A stretch of DNA of 64,000 nt. Source: Lama glama. Its lineage: Eukaryota. The position numbers and the translations under genes are program-made. This document shows positions 12,610 to 25,951 of the stretch, in pieces. The notes below the pieces were generated by a model. That model ran no database searches and had not been told where the DNA came from. It saw only the letters and a list, made by a program, of their open reading frames with translations. The number at the start of each line of letters is the position of its first letter. The first letter of the stretch is position 1. Location: assembly GCA_028534125.1 (NCBI GenBank), contig CM052816.1, forward strand, positions 66,466,001 through 66,530,000, given 5' to 3'.

Positions 12610-13985
12610 CAGAAACAGACACACAGATCAATAGAATGGTATAGAAAGCCCAGAAATAAACCCATGTACTTACAGTCATTTAATCTATGACAAAGGAGGC
12701 AAGAATATACAATGGAGAAAAGTCCTTGGAACCCTGGACAGCTACATGTAAAAGAATAAAATTAGAACATTCTCTAATGCCATATACAAAAATAAACTCA
12801 AAATTGATTAAAGAGTTAAATGTAACACCAGATACTATAAAACTTCCTAGAGGAAAACAAGAGACAGAACGCTCTTTGACATAAATTGCAGCAATATTTT
12901 TTTGATGTCTCTTAAAGGAAATAAAAGCAAAAATAAGCAAATGGGACAAAATTAAGTTTAAAAGCTTTTGCATAGCAAAGGAAACCATTGACAAAATGAA
13001 AAAAAAAACATACTAAATAGGAAAAAATATTTACAAATGAGATGATAGATCAGAGATTAATATCCAACATATATAAACAGCTCATACAACTCAACACTGA
13101 AAAAACAAATATCTTGGTTAAAAAATGGGCAGAATTGCTAAACAGACATTTTTCCAAAGAGGAAGTACAGATGGCCAGTAGGCACATGAAACGATGCTCA
13201 ACATCACTAATCATCAGGGAGATGAAAATCAGAACCACAATGAGATATCACCCCAGACCAGTCAGAATGGCCATTATCAAAAAGAACACAAATAACAAAA
13301 GTTGGCGAGGATGTGGAGAAAAAAGGAACCCTCATGCACTGTTGGTGGGAATACAAAATGGTGCAGCCACTGTGGAAAACAGTTGGAAGTTTCTCAAAAA
13401 ACTAAAAACAGAACTGCCATATGACCCAGCAATTTCACTCCTGGGTGTATATCCACAAAAAAAAAAAAACTAATTGAAAAGATACATGCACCCCAATGTT
13501 CACAGAAGCATTATTTACAATTGCCAAGATATGGAAGAAAACTAAGTGTCCAACAACAGATAAATGGATAAAGAAGATGTGGTTCATGTATGCAATGAAA
13601 TACTACTCAGCCATGAAAAAACAAACTTTTGCCATTTGCAGCAAGATGGATGGACTTGAAAGGCATTATACTATGTAAAATAAGTGAGACAGAGAAAGAA
13701 AAATCCTGTATGATATCAATTATATGTGGAATCAAAAAATACAACAAATTAGTGAATAAAACAAAAAAGAAGCAGACTCACGGATATAGAGAACAAACTA
13801 GTGGTTATCAGTGGGGAGGGGAGAGAGTCAGTAGAGGGCTCGGGGAGCGGGAGGCACAAACTCCTGGGTGTATGAGAAGCTCAAGGATGTGTCATGCAAC
13901 ATAAGGAATATAGCCAATATTTTGTAGTAACTGTAAATGCAAAATAACCTTTAAAAATTGTGTAAAAATGTTAAAGGGAAAAAAG
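12610..13985 (+). mobile_element. L1 ORF2 C-terminal fragment + older-type 3'UTR
   Basis: ORFs 12687-12884, 13042-13473 and 13496-13678 translate to L1 ORF2p C-terminal motifs ([33 protein letters not shown]), with frameshifts. Confidence 0.95.
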
Positions 13986-14371
13986 ATCTCAGCTATCACA
14001 CTTTGGGAAGCTTCCTCCATTCTTGTGGGCTCCAGGTATATTTACCCTGTGCTCCTACAGAGGTCAGAGCTTTGGCCATCGTAGCACTTTCAGGGGTGTA
14101 TTGAAGTGGCTTATATTATGGCCTATTTCTGCACAGCAAGTGGCAGGAGGTCTGAGACTGTCTTCCTGTTGCCATGTAACGTATGAATGACTGTGTTACC
14201 AATAAGCCATGGGGAGGATTTTAAGCTATTTTATGAATATGATTCTACTTATCTTTTCTCAAATGCTGTAGTTCAAGCTGATGAAGACACTTTTCTTGGT
14301 GAAGGCATTTTTGGAACCCTGAAAATTACCCTGTGATGTGGCTAGAAGGAGGGCTAACTTGGTTTGAGATA

Positions 14372-14489
14372 TAGGGTGATCAACCATTTAGGTTTTCCCA
14401 GGACTGAAGGCTTTGTTGGGATATTGGATTTTCAGTGCTAAAAATCTCCAAAAGTCCCAGGAAAACTGAGGTAAGTTGGTCCCACCCTA
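14372..14489. mobile_element. MER81-like hAT-Blackjack MITE
   Basis: TIRs TAGGGTGATCAAC...GTTGGTCCCACCCTA around ~118 bp with internal tttcagtgctaaaa. Confidence 0.75.
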
Positions 14490-16526
14490 CTGGGAAATGA
14501 AAAACAAATAATAATAAGCTTCTTTTATAAACTGTGCTAAGTCTGTGAACTCTAGTTAAGGTTATGTTAGTGCTAAAACGTAATTTCTGATCTCGCTTTT
14601 TCATCTCTTAGCTAATGGAACATTATGTCTTAGTAGAAAAGCACTCACCCTGTGAAGAGTAGCTAGTTGAGGCTGAGAATTCTTAGGCTCTTCCATTATG
14701 TTGCTTTTAGCACTCCACAGTCATTGGTTCTGTCCAGGTCCCCAGGTAAGCCTCCTGATGTAACTGTCAGGACTTCCAAGGAGGAAGTTTTCCTTCAGAT
14801 GTTTCATTACAGATGGATTCATAGGAAGAGTTTTTGTGGTTGTTGGTTTGTTGTCTTTAACTCTCAGAAGCTACTTGAGGGAGAAATTGCTTTCATCCCT
14901 CAGAGGAGACACTGGATTGGAACATAACATTCACACCCAAGCACTTCAGCACTATTGGAATGGAACCCCAGTGAATCGAATTTCAGTTCAATTCACTCCA
15001 TTATATCTTTTTTGGGTTCCTTGCCTTTGCCTGAAGAGAAAGGGATGAATGGGTGCGAGGACAAGGATAAAAATTATACAAGGTTTGGAGGAACTATTTT
15101 TCTTATTCAGGAAGTGAGGTGGATGGAGCACACTACAGTGACGGAAAGTGCTCTCCAGCCTAACACTCGAAACCGGGAGAGTGGCCGCTTCTTACCGCTT
15201 TCCTTAACTTGGAATTCACGGAATGGTAAGTTTAACTCATGCAACTCAAATGATTTTTTTGCAATGTCAGGAATATGAACACATAAGAAAAAGTTTTTTT
15301 CCCTGTGAGTTTTATGTTTTATATGTGAATGATGGTGGCCACAACTACTGGCCTATTTGCTGTCTTGTTCTGATGGCTCTCGGGCACAAATCAAAGGCAA
15401 CCAAAGGTATTCCTCTGAGGCAAAAATCTGCTAGTACATTTAATAGCTGGCTTTTCAAGAGAGTTTACTAAGCTTTTCACACATGCCATTTTATCATTTT
15501 CTCCTCACATAAAGCCCACAAGGTAGATATTATGATGATCCTTGCCTAATGGGAAATTTAAGAAGCTTGCTTTTTTGTAAGCAAAAATGTAAGGGCTTCC
15601 AGTGCTGGTGGTATGGCCTTAGAGCTCCATGCACCGCCACTCTGCCACGGGTCTTTCACATGAGTGAAGGAGGAGCCCCGTCCCTGTCCAGTGAGAAATG
15701 TTCCGCAGGATAGTGTTTGGAGTTCTTGAGTCATTGTCTATAAAATCAAAGAGATAGCTTTGGTATTTGGTTTTGTAACTACAGAATTTAAGCTCCTTGA
15801 TTTAAAAAAATAATTACTCCCAAACTACTACACAAATTGCGAGTTGTCCCTTTAGGTGCATATTCAGAAACTGAGTCTTGCCAAATTTTCCTGTCTGAGA
15901 ATCTTCTTCCTAACTTCCACAGCACAAATTTTGGATTAAGAAAATTATCAATGAAAAAGATAATGATAATAGAAATATAATGTTGGATATGAATTTTAAA
16001 GAAGGAAAACATGCATTTATTTATTTAAAAAGTTAATATTTTCTGAGATTTATTAGGCCCATAGTATTATATGCAGAATGCAGATGTTCATTTTTTACAT
16101 TATGTTTTTTATGTACAAAAAAATACCTTCCATTTTATAATTCTGTAACATTGACTGAAGTCCTTTCAAAGTGAAACTTATGGTATCATAAAACTTTTGA
16201 AGAAAAAGTAAATTTATAAAGTAACAATTTCTTATATCTTTGTATCAACTGTGATATAAGCATTATTATTATGATTCTCATTTTATAGATGAGGAAACAA
16301 AACTGAAGGTATACTGAATTACTTAGAATGAATGTCAAGCAAATGGAAGACCCTAGACTGAAAAGCAGTTTTGCAAAAGAAGCAATGATTTATCCTGGGG
16401 CTTATAGCTACCCCAGGAAGTACAAGGTCATTCCCTGGGTCGTCACTCCAGCCATTGAGTTGCTATGGGAACCGAGCAGTTAGATCCTTATAGAAATAAA
16501 TGTACCATTAAAAAAGGAGTCACTCA

Positions 16527-17284
16527 TCATAAATCATAGCAATGTTTTCCTAGTTCAGTCTCCCAAAGCAATAGAAATAAAAGTAAAAATAAACAAATGG
16601 AACCTAATCAAACATAAATAATGGTGGCTTCTAAGCTTTTGCATAGCAAAGGAAACCATAAACAAAATGAAAAGACAATCTACAGACTGGGAGAAAATAT
16701 TTGCACTTGATGCAACTAACAAGGGCTTAATTTCCAGAATATACAAACAGCTCATACAACTCAATAACAATAAAAACAAATAACCCAATTAAAAACAAAT
16801 GAGCAAAAGACCTAAACAAACATTTCTACAATGAAGATACACAAATGGCCAATAGGCACATGAAAAAATGCTCAATATCACTTATTATCAGAGAAATGCC
16901 AACCAAAACTACAATGAGGCATCACCTCACATCAGATAAAATGGCCAACATTAAAAAGTCCACAAATGATAAATTCTGGAGAAGTATAGAGAAAAGGGAA
17001 CCCTCCTACACTGTTGGTGGGAAATGTACTTTGGTGCAGCCATTATGGAAAACTAAGAAGATTCCTCAAAAGACTAAAAATAGATTTACCATATGATCCA
17101 GTAATCCTACTCCAGGTTACATATCCAGAGGAAACTCTAATTAGAAAAGATATACACACACCCCATTGTTCGTATCAGCATTCTTTACAATAGCCAAGAC
17201 ATGGAAGCAAACTAAATGTCTATCAACAGATGACTAGATTAAAGAAGTTGTGGTATATATATATATAGTGGTATATGTGTGGTG

Positions 17285-17323
<39 letters not shown>

Positions 17324-17765
17324 CGCAGCCATGAAAAAGAATGAAATAATACCATTTACAGCAACATGGATGAACCTAGAAATGATCATACTAAGTGAAG
17401 TAAGTCAGACAGAGAAAAACAAGTATCACATGATATCACTTATATGTGGAATACAAATGAACTTCTTTACAAAAAAGAAAGAGACTCACTGACATAGAAA
17501 GCAAACTTATACTAAAGGGGAAAGTTACTAAAGGGGAAAGGGACGGAGAGATAAATTAGGACTTTGGAATTAACAGATACAAACTACTATATATAAAATA
17601 GATAAACAACAAGGTCCTACTGTATAGCACAGAGAACTACATTCAATATCTTGTAATAACCTATAATGAAAAAAAATAAAAGAATATATATATAACTGAA
17701 TCACTATGCTATATACCAGAAACTGACACAACACTGAAAATCAACTAAACTTCAATTAAAAAAGA
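16527..17765 (+). mobile_element. 5'-truncated L1 (ORF2 end + 3'UTR) with degenerate TSD
   Basis: [18 protein letters not shown]... ORF2 homology; flanks aaaaaggagtcactca / aaaaagagactcactca; internal (CA)n at ~17287-17321. Confidence 0.93.
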
Positions 17766-19199
17766 GACTCACTCACATAACCACACTCACCAAGGCCCTT
17801 AGGCTCTTTACCCAGTAACATCAGCCTTCTATATTCAATTCTAAAACTGCATATTTTTTTTGTTGATGTTGGATTCTTATGGAGTGTTTGAATTCATCTA
17901 GTTGAAAAAGAAAATATTATTCATGAAAGGATTTTTAAGCAGGGTGATTTAATTTGTGGCAAGATGGATCTATTGAACTGAAATAGAACTCTGATTGCTA
18001 TCATTAATAAAATAAGAATACCCCCATTTTCATGGGGTATCTGCCATTTACAAATCACTTTCATATTGATTAAGTTATAGATTCTCAAGACAATTACGTA
18101 GGTGAAAGATATGCTGTTTTTAATCATGTTATATATTTCTATGGTTGAGGATAGACTATGGAAACATTTATAGATGATCCTTCCTATAATGATTCATAAA
18201 CTTGTACTGAAGAAATTGCAAGTGCCTTTCAGTATTGTTGTATTAACCACTGACTTATACTGCTGTTTCTCATTAATTCCCTTATAACTGATGGTTATAA
18301 TCCTGATGACAAAATTTAGTGTTTGTAGAAACTTAAAGGTTACAAAATAATATCCCATATTTTAATTTTACTTTATGGCACCAGGAGAGTCTGAAACTAA
18401 AACAGAAAAGTAATCACTAGGGTTCACAATCATTTATTACTTTGTTTTCAGAAAGAACTATATACCTTCTAGCTAAATCTTAGTGAGTTTCTAGAAAAAT
18501 CATGATGCTTGCTATGTATAGTTAGAGGCTCAATTTCATACTCAGACAAACCAATATAAAGAAACAGAAACTTCACTGAAGTTATGAACCATAAAGTTTT
18601 TCTAAGTTGTTATTTACTAGATGAGTTGGCAGGTATTAAAAGCTGATTTTATAGTATCAAAATATCTGAATGCAAGTTCAGCTACTGCATCTTCACAGTA
18701 AGAAACATTGACTAGCTTCCTGGCTTCTGTGAGCCTTTATTTTCCTATCTGTAATATAAGATCAGTTTTTGACTATGTCCACCATGAAGAGCTACGCTGA
18801 TGGGGCTGACATCAGAGGCACCAGGATGGACACGGGTGCGCTTGGACCAGTTATTGAACTGAGCTTCAGTGTCCTGGTCTGTAAAATAGGATTAATGCTA
18901 ATAGGTACCTCAGAGGCCTTTTTTTTTCCCCCAGGATTAAATGATAGGAGGTATGCCTGTGAAAATGCTTTTTAAATTACAAAGCATGTGCTAGCCAAAC
19001 CACGTTAGTATAGAAAAGGAGCACACCTACAACTGAAAGACATTTTGATATCTCTGGATCCCAACTGCTTTTGGCAACCACATATGAATTGTGGTAAAAA
19101 AAAAAATCTTATGGAAGGTCATGGTATGTCATGTTTTTAACCTGATTTAAAATCCAGTGTCTGCTATTCTGAAGGCTCTCCTTCTCTCCCCCTGTTGGA

Positions 19200-20270
19200 T
19201 ATGTGAGTGTTGTTCCAGATTATGACTTCGTCTCTCTCCTGCCTTCCCTCGACCATCTTCCTAGACAAGCTCAGCCACACGCACAGCTTCAGATTTCATT
19301 GATATAATGATGCTCCTAGATCCATATTTTGAGCTCAGATCTTCTGCTCTTTAGACTGGTACAGCCAATTGCCTTCTGGGTCTCTCCACATGGGTATGTC
19401 CATGGGTAGCTCAGCCATGGCAGGTCCAAGAGTCCTTCCCTGCTTCACATTCGTACCTTCCTCTGTGTTCCCCATCTTTGCAAGTGGTTCCACTGACCAC
19501 CTAGTTTGTTGCTCAGGTCAGAAACCTTGGCTTGATACTGACTTTTCAATCTTCATCATTCTTCAAATCCAATCAGTCACCAAATATTGTCCTTTGTATT
19601 ATCTAAATCTCTCCAATTAAATCCCTCTCTCCATTTCCACTTCTTCCCTTCTGACTAGGTCACCTCCATCAGTTATTTGAATTTTTTATTCTACTTCCCA
19701 ACCTCCATTTTCTCCCAATCTATTCTCCATATCATGTCCTGAATGATCTTTCTGAAATCCAAAATTGGTCAAGTGTTCTCTATGCTTGAAACTCCCTAAT
19801 GGCTTCTCTGTGCCCAGAAACTTAACATTATTCACAAGACCTTCATCATCTAGCTTCTGCTTGTTCCCACAGCCTTCCTTTCTCACCTCCACACTCTACA
19901 CACCAGCTTTATTGAGTCTCTTCCATTGTTCCATTGTGCTGTGCTCCCTCTTACCTCCAGTCTTTAGCACAGGCTAGGTCTTCTGCTTGGAAGGCCTTGT
20001 CACCATCTTCCTTGTAAAACACACACACGCACACACACACGCTTTACTTTCTTAATTCATAGCCAATTTTTTAACTCTCAAATTAAACTTTCCATCATTG
20101 AGGAAACGTTCCTTACCCACTCCACCCTGAAGTCTAGGCTATCACCCAATATATTCCCTGTGCTTCTACCATCAAAATTTATATTGTAATCACCAGATTA
20201 CTCCCTTGTTATCTCCACTAAACCACACAATTGGTAAGGACCAGATCTGTGTCTATCTTTTATATCCCTC
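19200..20270. mobile_element. Degenerate L2 fragments
   Basis: Pyrimidine-rich L2-like text (caaatccaatcagtcaccaa, tgatctttctgaaatcc), continuing after the MLT2 as ctcaataaatatttgtgaaatgaat. Confidence 0.6.
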
Positions 20271-20277
20271 TCTCGTT

Positions 20278-20685
20278 GAGTATGCCAGAATTCAACCAGA
20301 ATCACAGAATCGGTAGGAGAGCTATATCAAGAGATTTTTTGCAAGGAATTGGCTTTTGTGATTGTGGGAGCTGGACAGACATCTGAAATCTGTAGGGCTT
20401 GTCAGCAGGTTAGGACAGGCTGGAACTCTTAGTAATGAGCTGAAGCTGTTGACTACACGTAGAATTTTTTCTTCAGGGAAGCCTCAGCTCTGCTAGTAAA
20501 GCCTTTCAGCTGATCGAAATCAGGCCCAGCTCACCCAGATTATTGAAGATAATCTCCTTTACTTAAAGTCAACTAATAATGGACTTTAATCACGCCTACA
20601 AAATACCTTCACAGCAACACCTAGATTAGTGCTTGTTTGAACAACTTGGGCTCCTAGCCAAGTTGATAAAACTAACTACCACACC
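20278..20685 (-). mobile_element. MLT2 (ERVL) solo LTR nested in L2
   Basis: aaggaattggcttttgtgattgtgggagctgg...ttaaagtcaact...aataccttcacagcaacacctagattagtg...agccaagttgataaaactaactaccaca. Confidence 0.75.
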
Positions 20686-20879
20686 TCAACATCTAATATA
20701 AGGTAAGAACTCAATAAATATTTGTGAAATGAATGGATACATAAATGCTTTTGTTCAGTAAGGGCACCCCTGGGGTACATCCAAGGTGTTCCACTTTGTA
20801 CTAAGTACATCAGCATTATTATGTTATTTATGTTTCATATTTATTAAAATCTGTTCGGATTTTTTTGTTACCTTTGAAA

Positions 20880-21260
20880 GCATCATTTACAGTTGTCAAG
20901 ATATGGAAGCAACTTAAGTGTCCATCAACAGATAAATGGATAAAGAAGACGTGAGATATATGTGCATATATATATATATTTAGGAATACTACTCAGCCAA
21001 AAAAAGAATAAAATTTTGCCACTTGCAACACTGATGAACTTGGAGGGCATTATGCTAAGTGAAATAAGTCAGACAGAGAAAGACAAATACTGTATGATAT
21101 CACTTAGATATGGAAACTAAAAAATACAACAAACTTATGACTATAACAAAAAAGACGCAGACTCATAGATATAGAGAACAAACTAGTGGTTACCAGTGGG
21201 GAGAGGAAATGGGGGAGGGACAATATGGGAGTAGAGCCATTTCAAGATACGAAAGGGTGT
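20880..21260 (+). mobile_element. L1 3' fragment (older 3'UTR type, like the 12.6-14.0 kb copy)
   Basis: ggaagcaacttaagtgtccatcaacagataaatggataaagaag...gagaacaaactagtggttaccagtgggg. Confidence 0.85.
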
Positions 21261-23191
21261 TTATTTTGAGTATAGATGCAGCATGGACAAAAGTTAATGA
21301 AAAGTTTACTTTCGCTCTAAAGGAGAGTGGACCCATGTCTTTGGGAAGGTGAGTTTGGGCTGACGGAGGGGAGCTTGAGCTCTCTGTTCAGCTCTAAGTT
21401 ATGAAGGCTACCTATGGGCATTTCTGCATTTCTTTACCTCTTTTTGCCAGCAGAAAGCTGCCTAACACATCTTCACGCACTCTTCCCATTGTCCCTGCAC
21501 TGAGATAATTGGATTGACCGAGCTGGCGTAAACGCTGTGTCTGGGTGAATTACGAGTTTGGCATTTATCTGATTTACACAGTTCCCTTAGCAATAGAAGC
21601 ACAGGCTGCTTGGAAATACTGCTGCCTCAATCCTTGTGCAGGCTCATGGGTCATGTCACCCCTTTGGATATCCTGCTGCCACCCTCTATGTTATTCTGTG
21701 CACATTCTCATTCTTTGCTGGCTTGTCCCTGGAAAAGGGCAAAGAAAGAACTACAGGCAAAAAATAATTTCATTTTCCCTTTATTCTTACTTCTTTCACC
21801 TTGAAATATTGATACAATGAGCTCTTCCAATCTAGTTCATAGTTCCCATGCCTCAGTAAAAGGTTTGTGACTTTCACCTTCTGTGTCTACTCTGCTAGAG
21901 GATAATTCCTCTGTTCATATTATTCAATAAACCTGGTATTTACTTCATTTATATGATCTTCCACTGGGATTTTAGGGACCCACTTTTTTTTCAGATGTGG
22001 CTCTGTATTTCTTGGGCTTCTATTTTTATAAGCAATCTAAGCTCCTGCAAACCCTGCAGTAATTATAATATGGTATCAGAATAAATTATCACAGAGTTAT
22101 AAGCTTATGATATAAAAAGAAAACCTTGGTTCTGTTTTAGCCCTTCTTAAATGATAACATATTTTTATACAAGTTGTATGAGCATAACAGATTTTAAAAA
22201 TTCAGATAAAAAGGAGACAATAAAAATTACTCAAAGTATCACCACCTGGAGAGAACCTCTTTTTTTTTAATGGAGTTTTTCCAGCATTATCAATCTACCT
22301 TATCTATGTATAAAACAAGAGCCTCATACTTTCCTTCGATGCCAATAAGTACATTTATACATTACTTTATTTAATGTACATTAGTTATTGTTTTAATAGC
22401 TTCATGAATTTATGCCATCTCTATCATGCACTAATATGAGCATGTACATTCATGTATAGGTGTGTCTCTTTACTGACTTTTTCTCCATTCTTTTATCTCT
22501 CTGTATATTCTGATGCTAAAGTATCTCAGAATAGTTTAGTTTTTGTTACTTTATAGTACTTTTTTAATATTTAATTGAGCAAGTTGTCCCTCATCACTCA
22601 TTTTTAAAAATCTGAAGTAAAGGCTTGGTGCTATATTAACGACACTGTCTAATCTTAGAAGACTGTTGTGATTTAAATGACATTTCCCCAATTTATTATG
22701 CATATTTCACAAGTGCACACACTCTCATTTGTGCGTGCACACACACACACACCTTAAAGTAGAACTATTATAGGAAAATGGTGAAGTAAAGACAGTTGAT
22801 TTTCACTGTTCTCATTCTTTCCCTTATATAAGCTTCTCCTCATTCCTGGAGTCTCTGGAGATGCTTGGTGTTCTCAGGGTGTCTCTACCAATTCCCCATC
22901 AAATCTTCTTTTCAGTTAGTGGTCCCATTAGAAAGGAACAATCCCATGTCAAACCTCCTTCTTATAAGTATTTGCATTTTTAAATGATCCACTTCTTTAA
23001 CCCACAAAAATGAAGCCCTAATGCTAGAGTTTTCTCCACTGAGCAAGAAATTTTTCATCCCAATGGGTAACCACATATTTCACAAATGAGATACCTAGTT
23101 CTGACCCTGGAACTACAGACTCCTATATCATACTATCATCTTTTAAGGTTTAAAATAACTCCCCAGCATTAAAATTAATACTAAGTGTTGA

Positions 23192-24171
23192 ATCTTGAGA
23201 ATATATAAACAGCTCATATAACTTAATAGGAAAAAAACAAACAACCCAATCCAAAAATGGGCAGAAGACCTAAACAAGCAATTCTCCAAAGAAGAAATAC
23301 AAATGACCAATAGACACATGAAAAAATGCTCATTATCACTAATTATCAGAGAAATGCAAATCAAAACTACAATGAGGTAACACATCACAACAGTCAGAAT
23401 GGCCATCATTTGAAAGTCCACAAATGATAAATGCTGGAGAGGCTGTGGAGAAAAGGGAACCCCCCTATGTTGTTGGTGGGAATGCAGTTTGGAGCAGCCA
23501 TTGTGGAAAACAGTATGGAGATTCCTCAAAAGACTAAAAATAGACTTACCATATGACCCAGCAATCCCACTCCTGGGCATACATCCAGAAGGAACCCTAC
23601 TTCAAAAAGACACCTGCACCCCAATGTTCATAGCAGCACTATTTACAATAGCCAAGACATGGAAGCAACCTAAATGTCCATTGACAGATGACTGGATAAA
23701 GAAGCTATTCAGCCATAAAAAAAAACGACAACATAATGCCAGTTGCAGCAACATCGATGTCCCTGGAGAATGTCATTCTAAGTGAAGTTAGCCAGAAAGA
23801 GAAAGAAAAACACCACATGATATCACTCATATGTGGAATTTAAGGGGAAAAAAAGGAAGACAAATGAACTTAAATATAAAACAGAAACAAACTCACAGAC
23901 ATAGAATACAAACTTGTGGTTGTCAGTGGGGAGGAGGGTGAGAAGTGACAGACTAGGAGTTTGAGATTTATAGATACTGACAGGTATATATAGAATGGAT
24001 AGACAGGTTTATACTGTATAGCACAGGAAAATATATTCAAGATCTTGTAGTAGCTCATGGTGAAAAAGAATATGAAAATGAATATATATATATTTATGTA
24101 TGACTGAAAAATTGTGCTGTACGCCAGAAATTGACACAACATTGTAAACTGACTATAACTCAATAAAAAAA
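23192..24171 (+). mobile_element. 5'-truncated young L1 with perfect 15-bp TSD
   Basis: ORF2 C-terminal homology ([21 protein letters not shown]), poly(A), TSD AATACTAAGTGTTGA at 23177-23191 and 24172-24186. Confidence 0.96.
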
Positions 24172-25042
24172 AATACTAAGTGTTGACCACTATGCACAAT
24201 GGAGCCTTTCCCATTTGAAGAAGCTACAGTCTAAACAGTTGAAAATGGTCCAGCACTGGGGAGCAAGTGAGGAACTGGAACAGAGGAGGGATTTGGTGAA
24301 ACAGTATTTGGGGCACTGATACGACATCAGTGTGCAGGATAACCTCCCAGGAAAGAGGCTGGTGGGGAAAGGAATCACCTGGATCAGAGGTTAGGAACCC
24401 CAGAGGCAAATCAGCATCATCTATGTGGGGTGTAATAAACACTTATGCCCCTATATACAGGAACAACTACAGCCCAATGACTGGGTGTGGGGCTGGGGTT
24501 TTGTTTCTCTTCTGTTTGTTTTAATGCTTTCCAAGTACGTTTTAAAATGACTTCTTTATTGCTGTGCTAAAATATATGTAATACAAAATTACAATTTTAA
24601 CCATTTTTAAATGTGCAATTTCCAGGTGATTTTCATCTAGACTCTCAATGTGTTCTAGATAAGGAGACAGGAGAAGGTATACATATTGGGCAAATTAGAA
24701 GATTCTGATACAATGCAGCTTACCCTTAAATGTAAGCTAATTGACAACATCTGTGATTTTTAGCTAATCATCTGATAAATTCATGGTGACTCTCACTAAA
24801 TAATAAAACATTTGAGTTATTGAGACTAAAGAAGTAGTGAATGAGCAATCACTTAGGGAGGCAAAGGCAAAATTTTTACATAAATTACCTGTCTACCTCA
24901 GGGCTTCTTTTGATTTATCAGTGTATCCCAGATTTAGTAATGAGGCCCTTTGATGCTGGGTAGCCAATGTTTGAAGCTCGCATTTTACTGAGTTTTAGCC
25001 CTGTTTTCTGGCAAATGCTACACATTTTAGATCTCACATGCT

Positions 25043-25086
25043 GTGTGTGTGTGTGTGTGTGTTTGAGTGTGTGTGTGTATGTGTGT
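25043..25086. repeat. Interrupted (TG)n microsatellite
   Basis: Direct reading. Confidence 0.9.
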
Positions 25087-25441
25087 ACACAAATGTGTGC
25101 TTTTCCTGAGACTAGATATCTAAATAATTCCTCAGATTATGAACTCCTAATATAAATCATCACCTAAATTATCACTAAATGTTTCTACAATTATTAAAAG
25201 TGAGTATGCAGATAACTTATCTTACAATCAACGAAATTATATCAAGCTAAAAAAAGTCGAACTCTTGAAACAAATCTCACCTCCACATATGCTAAATCTG
25301 CCTATCTAAAAGCTTTGTTTTTCTCTAGTTTCTTTCCACTCAGTTTCCCAGCAACAGCGTCTACCACTTCACAAAAGCAGCAGCTAGTGTTAATCATTAT
25401 AAATTTTGTTTAGAATTTTTTTTCCAGTGGTTATTAAATAT

Positions 25442-25951
25442 TACAGAGGAGGAAAAAGAATTTTGCCTCTACACTTCTTAGTTCTTGGCTGAGACCCCCC
25501 TGTAATAAAAGACAGATTAACAAGAAGTGAGAAATAAATCTGTCTATTAACATGTCTACCTCATGTATACATGAAAGATACATAGGAAAAATGAGTAACT
25601 CCTTGAAATGTCCCAAGCCTCCACCTTAAATACCATCTTCAGGTAAAGACAAAAAAAAGATGTTGGGAAATGGGGGTGGGTAATTCACAGGGAAGGAGAG
25701 AGGAGGAAATGTTTGATAAAGGTTGCCCTGACATACAGATAAATCTCTCAGGTAAAAATCATCTTTAGTAATAGCTCTCTTCCTGGTGCAGGCCCCCTTT
25801 CTAATGTAAATTTCCATTATAAATATAGAGTCCCCTGACAAAAGGATAATCTCTACTCTGTTTTCAGAGCTTCCCCTGTGTGTATAGTTTCTCAAAACAA
25901 TCCTTATGTCAAAGAGGCACATTTTGGGGTGGCATATTCTGCTTTTCTGCA
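25442..25951 (-). mobile_element. ERV1-class solo LTR (~510 bp) with 4-bp TSD
   Basis: Minus strand starts TGCAGAAAAGCAGAATATGCCACCCCAAAATGTGCC, a typical ERV1 LTR 5' end; flanked by ATAT at 25438-25441 and 25952-25955. Confidence 0.75.
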
